Assembly: GCA_902573865.1 (NCBI GenBank)
Contig: CACGLI010000002.1
Coordinates: forward strand, 20,753 to 84,752
Direction: 5' to 3'
Origin: an uncultured Pelagibacteraceae bacterium
Lineage (GTDB): Bacteria; Pseudomonadota; Alphaproteobacteria; Pelagibacterales; Pelagibacteraceae
Length of the DNA stretch: 64,000 bases
Within the stretch, counting starts at the first letter, position 1. The number at the start of each line of letters is the position of its first letter. The position numbers and the translations under genes were made by a program. Positions 19,942 through 30,551 of the stretch are shown here, one piece after another. The notes beneath the pieces were generated by a model. It had not been told where the DNA came from, made no database searches, and saw only the letters and a program-made list of their open reading frames with translations.

Positions 19942-20888
19942 TTTGCTGCCGCTCTCTTTAATCTATCATTAATAGCTATACCAACTCCAATATTTGGAAT
20001 TTTCACTACTGAAATTTTTTTATATTTTTTTTTCTTAATCGTAATTAAAGTTTTGTAAAGATTTTTAGCCGCTTCTTCAAGGTTTGATTTCTCACTTAAA
20101 TTATATACATCTTTATTTTTTTTAAATTTTTTTCCAATTGTTATAAATGCTGAATTTTTTTCAGCCTTTTTTACATTTAATTTAATTGGAATCCCAGGCG
20201 AATAGTGATTTATTAAGTTTCCTGGCGATCTTATTTTTTTACTTTTTTTGTAAATTATTTTTTTACCTACAATTTTTTGAATTTGTGACGAATTTATTAT
20301 ACCCGGTCTTAATATAGATATACCTGAGGTTAAATCTACCACTGTAGATTCAAGGCCCACCTTAGAATTACCACCATCTATAACCATAATCTTTTTCCCA
20401 AATTGATTACTAACATGTTCTGCACATGTAGGACTTACTTTTCCAGATTTGTTAGCGCTTGGCATTGCAAGAGGAAAATTTATTTTGTTAAGAATTTTTC
20501 TTAAAACTTTATGTTTTGGAAATCTAATAGCTACAGATTCCAAACCAGCTGTGGTAAGTTTATTAAGATTTGAGTATTTTTTTTTCTTTAAAATAAAAGT
20601 GATTGGCCCAGGGCAGAAGCTTCTGTACAATCTCAAAAACTCTTTTGGAAAAAAAACATCTTTTGAAGCATCTTTAAAAGATGAGTAATGGACTATTATT
20701 GGATTAATTCTAGGTCTATTCTTTATTTTAAATATTTTATTTACAGCTTTTCTTGAATATGCATTTCCCGCTAAACCATAAACAGTCTCAGTAGGTAGAG
20801 CTACTAAACCATCATTTTTTAAAAGATGAATTACCTTGAATTGTATTTTACTATTAAGTTTTTTTATATTTGAATAGATATTAGTCAT
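19938..20888 (-). CDS. sua5: L-threonylcarbamoyladenylate synthase (Sua5-type)
   Basis: PTETVYGL, KNRP..NP, PSANKSG, C-terminal SPG...HYSP SUA5 domain. Confidence 0.93.
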   Translation of the reverse strand: MTNIYSNIKKLNSKIQFKVIHLLKNDGLVALPTETVYGLAGNAYSRKAVNKIFKIKNRPRINPIIVHYSSFKDASKDVFFPKEFLRLYRSFCPGPITFILKKKKYSNLNKLTTAGLESVAIRFPKHKVLRKILNKINFPLAMPSANKSGKVSPTCAEHVSNQFGKKIMVIDGGNSKVGLESTVVDLTSGISILRPGIINSSQIQKIVGKKIIYKKSKKIRSPGNLINHYSPGIPIKLNVKKAEKNSAFITIGKKFKKNKDVYNLSEKSNLEEAAKNLYKTLITIKKKKYKKISVVKIPNIGVGIAINDRLKRAAAK

Positions 20889-20909
20889 AATGTAATTATT
20901 ATATAGCTT

Positions 20910-21116
20910 ATGAAAAATGAAAATATTCCAAATGACATAAATAGTAAATCAATAAAAGATACAAAAAACGAAATTAATGAGATATTAAGGAAATTAGAAG
21001 ATAAAAATAGTGATCTAGAAACCTCAAAAAAAGATTATGATCGTTTAATTAAACTTTCCAAGCACATGGATAATTTATTTAAAAAAAAACTTAAAGATTT
21101 AACAGAAAAAAAATAA
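20910..21116 (+). CDS. xseB: Exodeoxyribonuclease VII small subunit (divergent)
   Basis: 68-aa helical protein directly upstream of ispA-dxs; EILRKLE...LETS pattern. Confidence 0.7.
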   Translation: MKNENIPNDINSKSIKDTKNEINEILRKLEDKNSDLETSKKDYDRLIKLSKHMDNLFKKKLKDLTEKK

Positions 21117-21121
21117 TTTTA

Positions 21122-21997
21122 ATGCCAGTGAATGAATTTAGAAAAAATGCGAGGATAATAGATAATTTCCTATCCAAATATTTAAAAAAACAAATAAATT
21201 CTAGTTTAATTGCCCCAATGAAATATGGAATACTCAATGGTGGGAAAAAAATAAGATCAACAATTATTATCAATACTGGAAAAATATTTAACTTACAGAT
21301 TAATAAACTTTTAAATGTTTGTGCAGCGGTAGAATGTATACATTCTTACTCACTAATCCATGATGATCTTCCTTGTATGGATGATGATAAGATAAGAAGG
21401 GGCAAGCCATCTGCCCATATAAAATTTGGAGAGTCCACAGCTGTGCTTGCTGGAAATTCGCTTTTAACTCTTGGTTTTGAAATATTGAGTGAAAAAAATT
21501 TTTTAATTAATGATAATAAAAAAAATAGATTGATAAAAACCCTATCACTTTGCTCAGGTCACTCTGGAATTGCAGGTGGTCAACAACTTGATTTAAGTTT
21601 TGAAAAAAAAAGTAAAAGTTTTAAGCATATTTTGGATATGCAAAGAAAGAAGACAGGAAAATTATTTAACTTTTGCTGTTATGCTCCTACCTTAATAGCA
21701 AGCAAAGAAAAAAAAGAAATAAAATTTATGTCTGAGTTGGGGGAAGAGATAGGATTATTATTTCAAATCTCTGATGATTTACTAGATTTAAAGGGATCAA
21801 AAAAAAAGATTGGTAAACCAACAAAACAGGATCAAAAAAAAGGCAAATCAACCCTAATAAGTTTAATGGGAGAGAAAAAAACTTTAGATTATGCTTTGAA
21901 ATTAAAATTTGATATAATAAAAAAACTAAATAGATATGGAAAAAAAGCAAATAGTTTAAAAGAAACTATTAACTTTATATTAGAGAGAAATTTTTAA
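21122..21997 (+). CDS. ispA: Farnesyl diphosphate synthase
   Basis: [30 protein letters not shown]. Confidence 0.92.
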   Translation: MPVNEFRKNARIIDNFLSKYLKKQINSSLIAPMKYGILNGGKKIRSTIIINTGKIFNLQINKLLNVCAAVECIHSYSLIHDDLPCMDDDKIRRGKPSAHIKFGESTAVLAGNSLLTLGFEILSEKNFLINDNKKNRLIKTLSLCSGHSGIAGGQQLDLSFEKKSKSFKHILDMQRKKTGKLFNFCCYAPTLIASKEKKEIKFMSELGEEIGLLFQISDDLLDLKGSKKKIGKPTKQDQKKGKSTLISLMGEKKTLDYALKLKFDIIKKLNRYGKKANSLKETINFILERNF

Positions 21998-23907
21998 TGA
22001 ACAGACTTCTTGATAAGATAGATTATCCCGTAGATTTAAGAAAACTAAAATCTAGTCAGCTTAAACAAGTAGCCCAAGAATTAAGAGAGGAATTAATTGA
22101 TGTGGTTTCTGAAACTGGAGGACATCTTGGTGCAGGTTTAGGAGTTGTTGAGCTAACAGTTGCCTTGCACTATGTATTTAATACTCCAAAAGATAAATTA
22201 GTTTGGGATGTAAGTCATCAATGTTACCCTCATAAAATTTTAACTGGTAGAAAAAATGAAATAAGAACTTTACGTAAAGGTGGAGGCTTATCAGGTTTTA
22301 CCAAGCGAACCGAGAGCGAATATGATCCATTTGGAGCTGCACATAGTTCCACTTCAATATCTTCTACTCTTGGTATGGCCGTAGCAAAAAAATTATCAAA
22401 TGATAAAAATGATGTGATTGCCGTTATAGGTGACGGGGCGATGAGTGCAGGCATGGCCTATGAAGCAATGAATAATGCTGGTGCGCTAAAATCAAAACTA
22501 ATAGTGATCCTAAACGATAATGATATGTCAATAGCGAAACCAGTAGGAGCTATGAGTAAATATTTATCAAAACTACTATCAGGAAAATTATATTTTAGTT
22601 TAAGAGAAACTATTAAATTGATAATTTCATCTTTTTCAAAAAGATTTTTAAAAAAAGCCGGAAAGGCAGAAGATATATTACGAGGCATCGTTACAGGCGG
22701 AACTTTATTTAGTGAGCTGGGTTTTTATTATATAGGCCCTATTGATGGTCATGATATTAATCATCTAGTTCAAATCCTTGAAAATGTAAAAGACTCGAAT
22801 CATCAAGGTCCAATTTTAATTCATGCAATTACACAAAAAGGTAAGGGATACAAGCCTGCGGAAGATTCAGGCGACAAATATCATGGAGTATCAAAATTCA
22901 ATGTGTCCACTGGTCAGCAAAGCAAGTCAACATCCAATGCGCCTTCCTACACAAATGTATTTGCTGAAACTTTAATTAAACATGCAGAAAAGGATACAAA
23001 AATTATCGGTATAACTGGTGCGATGCCTTCAGGTACAGGTTTGAATCTTTTTGAGAAAAAGTTTCCTGAGAGAATGTTTGATGTAGGAATAGCAGAGCAA
23101 CACGCAGTTACATTTGCAGCTGGTTTAACAACCGAGGGTTATAAACCTTTTGCCGCCATATATTCAACTTTTTTACAAAGAGCATACGATCAGATCGTTC
23201 ATGATGTTGCACTTCAATCATTACCTGTAAGATTTGCCATAGACAGAGCTGGTTTAGTTGGTGCTGATGGACCAACACATGCAGGATCTTTTGATATAAC
23301 TTATTTAGCAACACTACCAAATTTTGTAGTAATGGCTGCCAGTGATGAAGCAGAGCTAGTCAGGATGATCAACACATCAATCACAATAAATGACAAACCA
23401 TCTGCATTTAGATACCCAAGAGGTAATGGTATAGGAATTGAACTACCAAATATAAACGATGTATTAAAAATAGGTAAAGCCAAGTTAGTTCAAGAGGGAA
23501 AAAAAATAGCTCTACTTAATTTTGGTGCACGATTACAAGAATGCAAAAAAGCTTCTGAGGTTTTGTTAAAAAAAGGTATTAATATTACTATAGTTGATGC
23601 ACGATTTGCTAAACCATTAGATGAGAAATTAATTATGGAAATTGCAACAAGTCACGAAGTCCTCATCACGATAGAAGAGGGTTCAATTGGAGGATTTGGT
23701 TCTCATGTAGCACAACTTTTATCAGAGAGAGGTGTATTCGATAATGGTTTGAAGTTTAGGTCAATGACACTTCCTGATGAGTTTCTTGATCAAGATACAC
23801 CTGAAAAAATGTATATTAAAGCAGGTTTAAGTTATAATTCTATCGTAGAGAAGATTGAGCAAACACTTAATTCAAATATAGTTTTTGCAAAAAATAATAA
23901 AAATTAA
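21997..23907 (+). CDS. dxs: 1-deoxy-D-xylulose-5-phosphate synthase
   Basis: [22 protein letters not shown]...[17 protein letters not shown]. Confidence 0.98.
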   Translation: MNRLLDKIDYPVDLRKLKSSQLKQVAQELREELIDVVSETGGHLGAGLGVVELTVALHYVFNTPKDKLVWDVSHQCYPHKILTGRKNEIRTLRKGGGLSGFTKRTESEYDPFGAAHSSTSISSTLGMAVAKKLSNDKNDVIAVIGDGAMSAGMAYEAMNNAGALKSKLIVILNDNDMSIAKPVGAMSKYLSKLLSGKLYFSLRETIKLIISSFSKRFLKKAGKAEDILRGIVTGGTLFSELGFYYIGPIDGHDINHLVQILENVKDSNHQGPILIHAITQKGKGYKPAEDSGDKYHGVSKFNVSTGQQSKSTSNAPSYTNVFAETLIKHAEKDTKIIGITGAMPSGTGLNLFEKKFPERMFDVGIAEQHAVTFAAGLTTEGYKPFAAIYSTFLQRAYDQIVHDVALQSLPVRFAIDRAGLVGADGPTHAGSFDITYLATLPNFVVMAASDEAELVRMINTSITINDKPSAFRYPRGNGIGIELPNINDVLKIGKAKLVQEGKKIALLNFGARLQECKKASEVLLKKGINITIVDARFAKPLDEKLIMEIATSHEVLITIEEGSIGGFGSHVAQLLSERGVFDNGLKFRSMTLPDEFLDQDTPEKMYIKAGLSYNSIVEKIEQTLNSNIVFAKNNKN

Positions 23908-24989
23908 CTCCCGCACTGAGCTCTGTGCATCAAAAAATGATCCAATAAAACACAAGAGAGCATAGCTTCACCAATTGGAACTGCTCTTATTCCAACACAC
24001 GGATCGTGCCTTCCTCTAACTGAAATAGTTGTATTTTTACCTTTTTTATTTATTGTTTCTCTTTTATTTAAAATTGACGAAGTAGGTTTTACTGAAAATG
24101 ATACATTGATATCTTGACCTGAGGATATACCTCCTAAAATACCACCTGCATTATTTGTTTTAAATTTTGTTTTTCCAGAACTTTTTCTCATCTCATCAGA
24201 ATTTTCCTCACCACTTAAAAAAGCAGCCGACATACCAGCACCAATATTTACGCCTTTAACAGCATTAATGCTCATCATTGCAGCAGCTATATCAGTATCA
24301 AGTTTTGAGTAAATAGGCGCTCCTAGTCCAATAGGTATACCGCTCGCTCTCAATTCAATTATAGCTCCACAAGAGGATCCTGATTTTCTGACGGAATTTA
24401 AATATTTTTCCCACAATTTTATAGATTTTTTATCAGGACAGAAAAAAGGATTTTTTCTTATTTCAGCATCATTCCAATTATTCACATCACAAGACATCAA
24501 TCCAAGTTGAGTGACTGCACCTATTATTCTAAATTTTTTTCCTAGTAAATCTCTAAGAATTATTTTTGCAACTGCTCCTGCAGCAACTCGGCTAGCAGTT
24601 TCTCTAGCTGATTGTCTTCCGCCTCCTCGGTAATCTCTTATTCCGTACTTTTTAAAATAGGTAAAGTCAGCATGACCTGGTCTGAACTTTTCTTTTATAG
24701 ACTCATAATCACGAGATCTTTTATCTTCATTATTTATTAAAATTGATATGGGCGTCCCAGTAGTTTTACCTTCAAAGACTCCAGAAAGTATTATTACCTT
24801 ATCAGCCTCTTTTCTTTGGGTAGTAAATTTGGATTGACCAGGTCTTCTTCTGTCCATATCTGACTGTATTTCCCTCTCACTTATGCGAATATTTGGAGGA
24901 ACTCCATCAATTACGCATCCAATCGCAGGTCCGTGGGACTCACCCCATGTGGTAAATCGAAATATTTTTCCAAAAGTATTAAAAGACAT
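23904..24989 (-). CDS. aroC: Chorismate synthase
   Basis: [29 protein letters not shown]. Confidence 0.98.
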   Translation of the reverse strand: MSFNTFGKIFRFTTWGESHGPAIGCVIDGVPPNIRISEREIQSDMDRRRPGQSKFTTQRKEADKVIILSGVFEGKTTGTPISILINNEDKRSRDYESIKEKFRPGHADFTYFKKYGIRDYRGGGRQSARETASRVAAGAVAKIILRDLLGKKFRIIGAVTQLGLMSCDVNNWNDAEIRKNPFFCPDKKSIKLWEKYLNSVRKSGSSCGAIIELRASGIPIGLGAPIYSKLDTDIAAAMMSINAVKGVNIGAGMSAAFLSGEENSDEMRKSSGKTKFKTNNAGGILGGISSGQDINVSFSVKPTSSILNKRETINKKGKNTTISVRGRHDPCVGIRAVPIGEAMLSCVLLDHFLMHRAQCGS

Positions 24990-25023
24990 AATTTTTTAAT
25001 GTATAATTTATTTTAAAGAATAT

Positions 25024-25656
25024 ATGAATCAAAAAAATGGCAAAAATTCACTAGGTATTGATAAATGTTTTGAGGATTTAGACAATCCTATAGATTTATT
25101 CAATAATTGGTTCAAAGTCGCTAAAAGCAAGGAGATTAACGACCCTAATGCCTTGGCTCTTGCCACCTCTAATGAGAATAATCAACCAAATGTTCGGATG
25201 GTGCTGTTGAAGGGACTTAATGAAAATGGTTTTGTTTTTTATACTAATCTAACAAGCAAGAAAGGAGAGGAAATAAATAATAATAAAAAAGCCTCAATGT
25301 GCTTTCACTGGAAAAGTTTAAGAAGACAAGTTAGAGTTTTAGGTGAGTTGGAAAAAGTTTCTGATAACGAAGCAAATAATTATTTTAAGTCCAGACCTTA
25401 CAAAAATAAAATTGGCGCTTGGGCGTCCACTCAATCAAAGATTCTAAAAAGTAGAGAGGAATTTTTAAATAAAATAAAAGATTTTGAAAAAAAATATCCT
25501 ACAAATGATGAAGTTCCTAGACCTGAACATTGGTCGGGTTGGAGATTGATGCCATCCGAGGTAGAATTTTGGCTAGATGGAGTTGGTAGGATACACGAGA
25601 GATTAATTTACAAAAAATTAGATGGCAGATGGAGTAGAAATTTACTATATCCCTAA
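25024..25656 (+). CDS. pdxH: Pyridoxine/pyridoxamine 5'-phosphate oxidase
   Basis: RMVLLK, FYTN..SKKG, RQVRV, EFW...RIHER, LYP. Confidence 0.95.
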   Translation: MNQKNGKNSLGIDKCFEDLDNPIDLFNNWFKVAKSKEINDPNALALATSNENNQPNVRMVLLKGLNENGFVFYTNLTSKKGEEINNNKKASMCFHWKSLRRQVRVLGELEKVSDNEANNYFKSRPYKNKIGAWASTQSKILKSREEFLNKIKDFEKKYPTNDEVPRPEHWSGWRLMPSEVEFWLDGVGRIHERLIYKKLDGRWSRNLLYP

Positions 25657-26663
25657 AATTTTCTATTAAGACTAAAATTTGTTAAATTTTGAAGAATCCT
25701 TTTTTCTTCTGTATCATTAAAAACACTAATCGCATCTCTTGAGACATTTACAAAATACTCCGCTCTTTTAAAAGTTTCTTTTATAACACTGTATTTTTTT
25801 ATTAATTTTAAAGCTTTATCAAAGTCATCTTTATTTCTTTTATCTTTTTTAAATATCTCTAATAATTCTTGTCTCTCATTAAAGTTTGACCTTTGAAAAA
25901 GAATTATTATTGGCAATGTTGTTTTGCCTTCATAAAAATCTTTACCTATCTTTTTTCCAAACATTTTCTCCTCTGAATTATAATCCAGAGCATCATCAGC
26001 AATTTGAAAAGCTAATCCAAGGTTTTTTCCATAAAATTCTAAAATGTTTCTCTCTTTTTCACTTGATCCAGACAAACATGCTCCCACTCTAGTAGAAGCT
26101 GAAAATAATGAAGCAGTTTTTAAATCTATAATTTTTAAATATGTTTCTTCAGTCAAATCTGCTTCACCTTTGTGTTGAAGTTGTAAAACTTCTCCTTGAG
26201 CTATTTTTGCTGAAGTCGAAGACAAAAGTTTTAAAATCTCTAAATCTCCGTCCTCTACCATTATTTCAAAACATCTACTTAATAAATAATCACCTAAAAG
26301 TATTGAGGACTGATTTCCCCAAATAGAATTAGTTGTACTTATTCCTCTTCTAAGGTTGCTTCCATCAATAACATCATCATGCAAAAGGGTCGCAGAATGT
26401 ATTAATTCTACACAAGCTGCTAAATTTATGTCTCTATCACCTAATTCATAACCAGAAAGTTTTGCTGAGCCTAGTGTTAACATAGCTCTAAGTCTTTTAC
26501 CGCCAGAGCTTAAGTGATGCTCTGCCATTTTTTCTATTAAAGCAACATTACTTTTCAGCTTTTTTTCAATGAATTCCTCCACCTTTGAAAGCCTTGGTTT
26601 AACCAAGGTTTTTAAATCTTGGTATGAGGAATTAATTTTTTTAATAGGTATTACTGATCCCAT
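25653..26663 (-). CDS. ispB: Long-chain polyprenyl diphosphate synthase
   Basis: GGKRLR, LLHDDVID, KTA, FQIADD, GKDFYEGK. Confidence 0.9.
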   Translation of the reverse strand: MGSVIPIKKINSSYQDLKTLVKPRLSKVEEFIEKKLKSNVALIEKMAEHHLSSGGKRLRAMLTLGSAKLSGYELGDRDINLAACVELIHSATLLHDDVIDGSNLRRGISTTNSIWGNQSSILLGDYLLSRCFEIMVEDGDLEILKLLSSTSAKIAQGEVLQLQHKGEADLTEETYLKIIDLKTASLFSASTRVGACLSGSSEKERNILEFYGKNLGLAFQIADDALDYNSEEKMFGKKIGKDFYEGKTTLPIIILFQRSNFNERQELLEIFKKDKRNKDDFDKALKLIKKYSVIKETFKRAEYFVNVSRDAISVFNDTEEKRILQNLTNFSLNRKF

Positions 26664-26799
26664 AAAAATCTTTATAGTTCATTTTATTTGTAAAAAATTT
26701 TTAAAATCTATCCCTGTTGACGCACCCATAATGCAACTCTAAGTAGCGAAATAAGTATTTAGAATTTTTACAATCTATTGATATAAGTTAATAAATCGA

Positions 26800-27612
26800 A
26801 TGTTCTCAATATTTAAAAAAAAAACAGTTATTCCACATGTAAGGTTAACAGGTGTGATAGGGTCTGTAGGCAGGTTTAAGCAGGGAATAGATTTAGCAGG
26901 ACAAAGAGAAATTTTAAAAAGGGCATTTTCATACAAAAAACCTAAGACCGTAGCAATTTCAATTAATTCGCCAGGCGGATCTCCTGTACAATCACACTTA
27001 ATATACAGTTACATAAAACAACTATCAAAAAAAAATAAAACTAAAGTTTTAGTTTTTGCCGAGGATGTCGCAGCCTCCGGAGGTTATTTTATAGCTTGCT
27101 CAGGTGATGAGATTTATGCAAATTCAAGTTCTATAATTGGTTCAATTGGTGTTATTTCTGCATCGTTCGGTTTTAAAGAACTGATCAAGAAAATTGGTGT
27201 AGAGAGAAGAATATATACAGCTGGAAAAAACAAAAGCACCCTAGATCCTTTTGTTGATGAAAAAGAAGACGATGTTAAAAGATTGAAAAAAATACAATTA
27301 GATTTACATGGAGATTTTATCAATATTGTAAAAACCAGTCGGGGAAAAAAATTAATTGAACCAGAGAAAAATAATATTTTTACCGGAGAATTTTGGTCGG
27401 GTTCATCAGCTTTAAAGCTTGGTCTAATAGATGGTATTGGAAACGCCGATCAAATTATAAAAGAAAAGTTTGGAGATGATGTAATAATTAAAATATTCGA
27501 AAAACAAAAAAGTTTTTTGGCAAAAAAACTTTCAAGTTCAATTGAAAATCAACTTGATAATTTAATTGATAATATACAAGAGAGAAGTCTGTGGCAAAAA
27601 TTTGGTTTATAG
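26800..27612 (+). CDS. S49 family peptidase (SppA-like)
   Basis: INSPGGS, AASGGY, GSIGV, AGKNK, GLIDGIG. Confidence 0.9.
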   Translation: MFSIFKKKTVIPHVRLTGVIGSVGRFKQGIDLAGQREILKRAFSYKKPKTVAISINSPGGSPVQSHLIYSYIKQLSKKNKTKVLVFAEDVAASGGYFIACSGDEIYANSSSIIGSIGVISASFGFKELIKKIGVERRIYTAGKNKSTLDPFVDEKEDDVKRLKKIQLDLHGDFINIVKTSRGKKLIEPEKNNIFTGEFWSGSSALKLGLIDGIGNADQIIKEKFGDDVIIKIFEKQKSFLAKKLSSSIENQLDNLIDNIQERSLWQKFGL

Positions 27613-28491
27613 ATGCCTACAAAAAAAAATAAAAAAAAAAATTATCTTTCTTTTCAAGAAATAACAATGAACCTTCAAAAATTTTGGGGAAAATATGGAT
27701 GTGTAATACTTCAACCTTACGATATTGAAGTGGGCGCTGGAACATTTCATCCTGCAACAACTCTGAGATCGATCGGACCAAAACCGTGGAAAGCTGCATA
27801 TGTTCAACCATCGCGAAGACCTACAGATGGAAGATATGGAGAAAACCCTAATCGTTTACAACATTATTATCAATATCAAGTAATTTTGAAACCTTCTCCT
27901 GATAATGTAAAACAATTGTATTTGAAAAGTTTAAATGCAATTGGAATTGACATAAAAAAACATGACATAAGATTTGTTGAGGATGACTGGGAAAGTCCTA
28001 CTTTAGGAGCAGCTGGATTAGGTTGGGAAGTGTGGTGCGATGGAATGGAAATAACTCAATTTACTTATTTTCAACAAATGGCTAGTTTAGAATGTAAACC
28101 TGTACCAGTTGAGCTGACTTATGGTTTAGAACGAATTTGTATGTTCGTGCAGGGAAAGAAAAATGTTTTTGATATCGAATGGAATGAGGATGGAATAAAA
28201 TACAAAGATGTCTTTTTTCAATCAGAAAAAGAATTTTCAGCCTATAATTTTGAGTTTGCAAATACTGAAACATTGCTAAAAAATTTTGAATTAGCTGAAA
28301 CTGAATGTAAATTTTTATTGGAAAAAAATTTAGCTCTTCCTGCTTATGATCAGTGTCTCAAAGCGAGTCACTTGTTTAATCTGTTAGACGCAAGAGGTGT
28401 AATAGGTGTTGCTGAGAGAACAGGTTTTATCGGAAGAATTAGAGAATTGGCTAAAGGATCGGGAAAAGTCTGGCTAAAAACACAAGAATAA
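27613..28491 (+). CDS. glyQ: Glycine-tRNA ligase alpha subunit
   Basis: [33 protein letters not shown]. Confidence 0.98.
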   Translation: MPTKKNKKKNYLSFQEITMNLQKFWGKYGCVILQPYDIEVGAGTFHPATTLRSIGPKPWKAAYVQPSRRPTDGRYGENPNRLQHYYQYQVILKPSPDNVKQLYLKSLNAIGIDIKKHDIRFVEDDWESPTLGAAGLGWEVWCDGMEITQFTYFQQMASLECKPVPVELTYGLERICMFVQGKKNVFDIEWNEDGIKYKDVFFQSEKEFSAYNFEFANTETLLKNFELAETECKFLLEKNLALPAYDQCLKASHLFNLLDARGVIGVAERTGFIGRIRELAKGSGKVWLKTQE

Positions 28492-28493
28492 AT

Positions 28494-30551
28494 ATGAATG
28501 AATTTTTTGTAGAGCTTTATAGCGAAGAAATTCCTCCTAATTTACAAATTAACGTTCGAAGAGAATTTGAGGAAAGAATTAGGAACTCATTAATCAATGA
28601 AAATATAAAATTTAAAAAAATATTTTCGTATTCATCACCTACCAGACTAATCATTCATATAATTGGCGTTATAGACAAAATCAAAATAAGTTCGAAAGAA
28701 ATTAAAGGACCTAAAGTAGGAGTAATTGAGGATATTTTAAACAATTTCCTAAGGTCAAATAATGCATCAAAAAAAATGTTATTCAAAAAAAAAATTGACA
28801 AAGGAGAATTCTATTTTATCAAAACTTTACCAAGAGAGTTGTTAGCGAAAGATATGCTGATCAAGATATTATTGAATATAATCTCATCTTTTAAATGGAA
28901 AAAATCAATGAGATGGTCAAATAATTCTATGATTTGGGGCAGGCCTTTAAGATCTATTTTAGCCATATATAACAACAGTCATTTATCTTTTAATTTCGGT
29001 CACCTTAGATCAACAGAAAATGCAATAATAGAAAAAGATCTTTTGATAAAAACAAAAAAGGTAAAGAATTTTAAGGATTATGAAAATTTCTTAAAAAAAA
29101 ATAATGTATTTTTCGATCAAAAGGAAAGAGAGCAAAAAATCTTAAAAAAATTGGAGCAGATATGCAAATCAAGAAATTATAACAATGTTTTCAACAATAA
29201 ATTAATAGAAGAAGTTACAAACATAGTTGAAGATCCCCATGTTTTACCACTTGAGTTTGATAAAAAATACCTTGAAATTCCGCCTGAAATTATCATTTCA
29301 ACTTTGGAGCTCCACCAAAAGTATTTTCCACTTTTTGATAAAAAAAATAAATTAACAAATAATTTTTGCGTTGTAGCTAACAAGCCAGATAGCAATAATA
29401 TAATCAAGGACGGTAACCAAAGAGTAGTTGAAGCAAGATTATCTGACGCTAAATTTTTTTGGGAAAAGGACAAGTCACGAAATTTAATAAAACAGTTAGC
29501 AAATTTAAAGAAAATTACATTCTATGAAAAATTGGGTACAGTTTACGATAAAACTCAAAGGCTCAGAAAACTTAGCTCCTGGCTTTCTGATGAAATAAAT
29601 ATTAATAAAGAAAAAGTAGAAATAGCTGCTTCAATCTCTAAATCTGACCTATGCTCTGATTTAGTTAATGAGTACCCAGACCTCCAAGGAAAAATGGGAA
29701 AATATTTTGCTTTAGCGCAAGGTTTTGATGAAGAAGTAGCAAATGCAGTAAGTGATCACTATCTTCCATTAGGGAATGCCTCAATTGTTGCAAAGAAACC
29801 TATAAGTTATTCTATATCTATAGTTGATAAATTAGACACTTTGGTTGGTTTTTTTTTAATAAATCAAAAGCCAACTAGCTCTAAAGATCCCTTAGCTCTT
29901 AGAAGATCAGCTATAGGATTACTCAAAACAATTATTGAGAATAAAATCAACATTAAAATAAGCGACCTAGTAAATTATAATGTAAAACTTTTTCAAGAAC
30001 AAAAAGTAATTATTGAAAACATTGATGTAGAAAAAGAAATCCTAAAATTTTTAAGAGATCGAATAAAAAATATATTGAAAGAAAAAAATATTAAAGGAGA
30101 TATAATTGATGCTTCAATTAGCTCTCATACGAATAGTAATTTTTTAGAGCTTTACAAAAAAAATATCATAATGAATAAATATATTAATAAAGATATTGGA
30201 AAAAATGTACTAAGTTCATACAAAAGAGCATTTAATATTGTTGGAAAGTCTGCTGATAATATTGATGGCAGACCAGACGCAGTTTTATTCAGACAAGATG
30301 AAGAAAAAAATTTATTTGAAAAAATTAACGAAATTCGAAAGAATATTACAGTTAAAGAAAATAACAAAGATTTTGAAAAACTATTAATCAGCTTGTCTGA
30401 AACAAGATTATTAACAGATATTTTCTTTGATAAAGTTAAAGTAAATGACGAAAATATTGATATAAAAAATAATAGGTTACAATTACTTAAATTATTTTGT
30501 AATACATTTAATTATTTTATCAATTTTTCAAAATTGGAAGGAGTTTCGTGA
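28494..30551 (+). CDS. glyS: Glycine-tRNA ligase beta subunit
   Basis: SEEIP, SMRW, ARLSDAKFF, PTSSKDPLALRR. Confidence 0.95.
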   Translation: MNEFFVELYSEEIPPNLQINVRREFEERIRNSLINENIKFKKIFSYSSPTRLIIHIIGVIDKIKISSKEIKGPKVGVIEDILNNFLRSNNASKKMLFKKKIDKGEFYFIKTLPRELLAKDMLIKILLNIISSFKWKKSMRWSNNSMIWGRPLRSILAIYNNSHLSFNFGHLRSTENAIIEKDLLIKTKKVKNFKDYENFLKKNNVFFDQKEREQKILKKLEQICKSRNYNNVFNNKLIEEVTNIVEDPHVLPLEFDKKYLEIPPEIIISTLELHQKYFPLFDKKNKLTNNFCVVANKPDSNNIIKDGNQRVVEARLSDAKFFWEKDKSRNLIKQLANLKKITFYEKLGTVYDKTQRLRKLSSWLSDEININKEKVEIAASISKSDLCSDLVNEYPDLQGKMGKYFALAQGFDEEVANAVSDHYLPLGNASIVAKKPISYSISIVDKLDTLVGFFLINQKPTSSKDPLALRRSAIGLLKTIIENKINIKISDLVNYNVKLFQEQKVIIENIDVEKEILKFLRDRIKNILKEKNIKGDIIDASISSHTNSNFLELYKKNIIMNKYINKDIGKNVLSSYKRAFNIVGKSADNIDGRPDAVLFRQDEEKNLFEKINEIRKNITVKENNKDFEKLLISLSETRLLTDIFFDKVKVNDENIDIKNNRLQLLKLFCNTFNYFINFSKLEGVS

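Noticed and set aside
26679-26729. 16-codon minus-strand ORF MGASTGIDFKNFLQIK upstream of ispB as a leader peptide
   Set aside because: No SD, no informative codon run, and this length is expected by chance.
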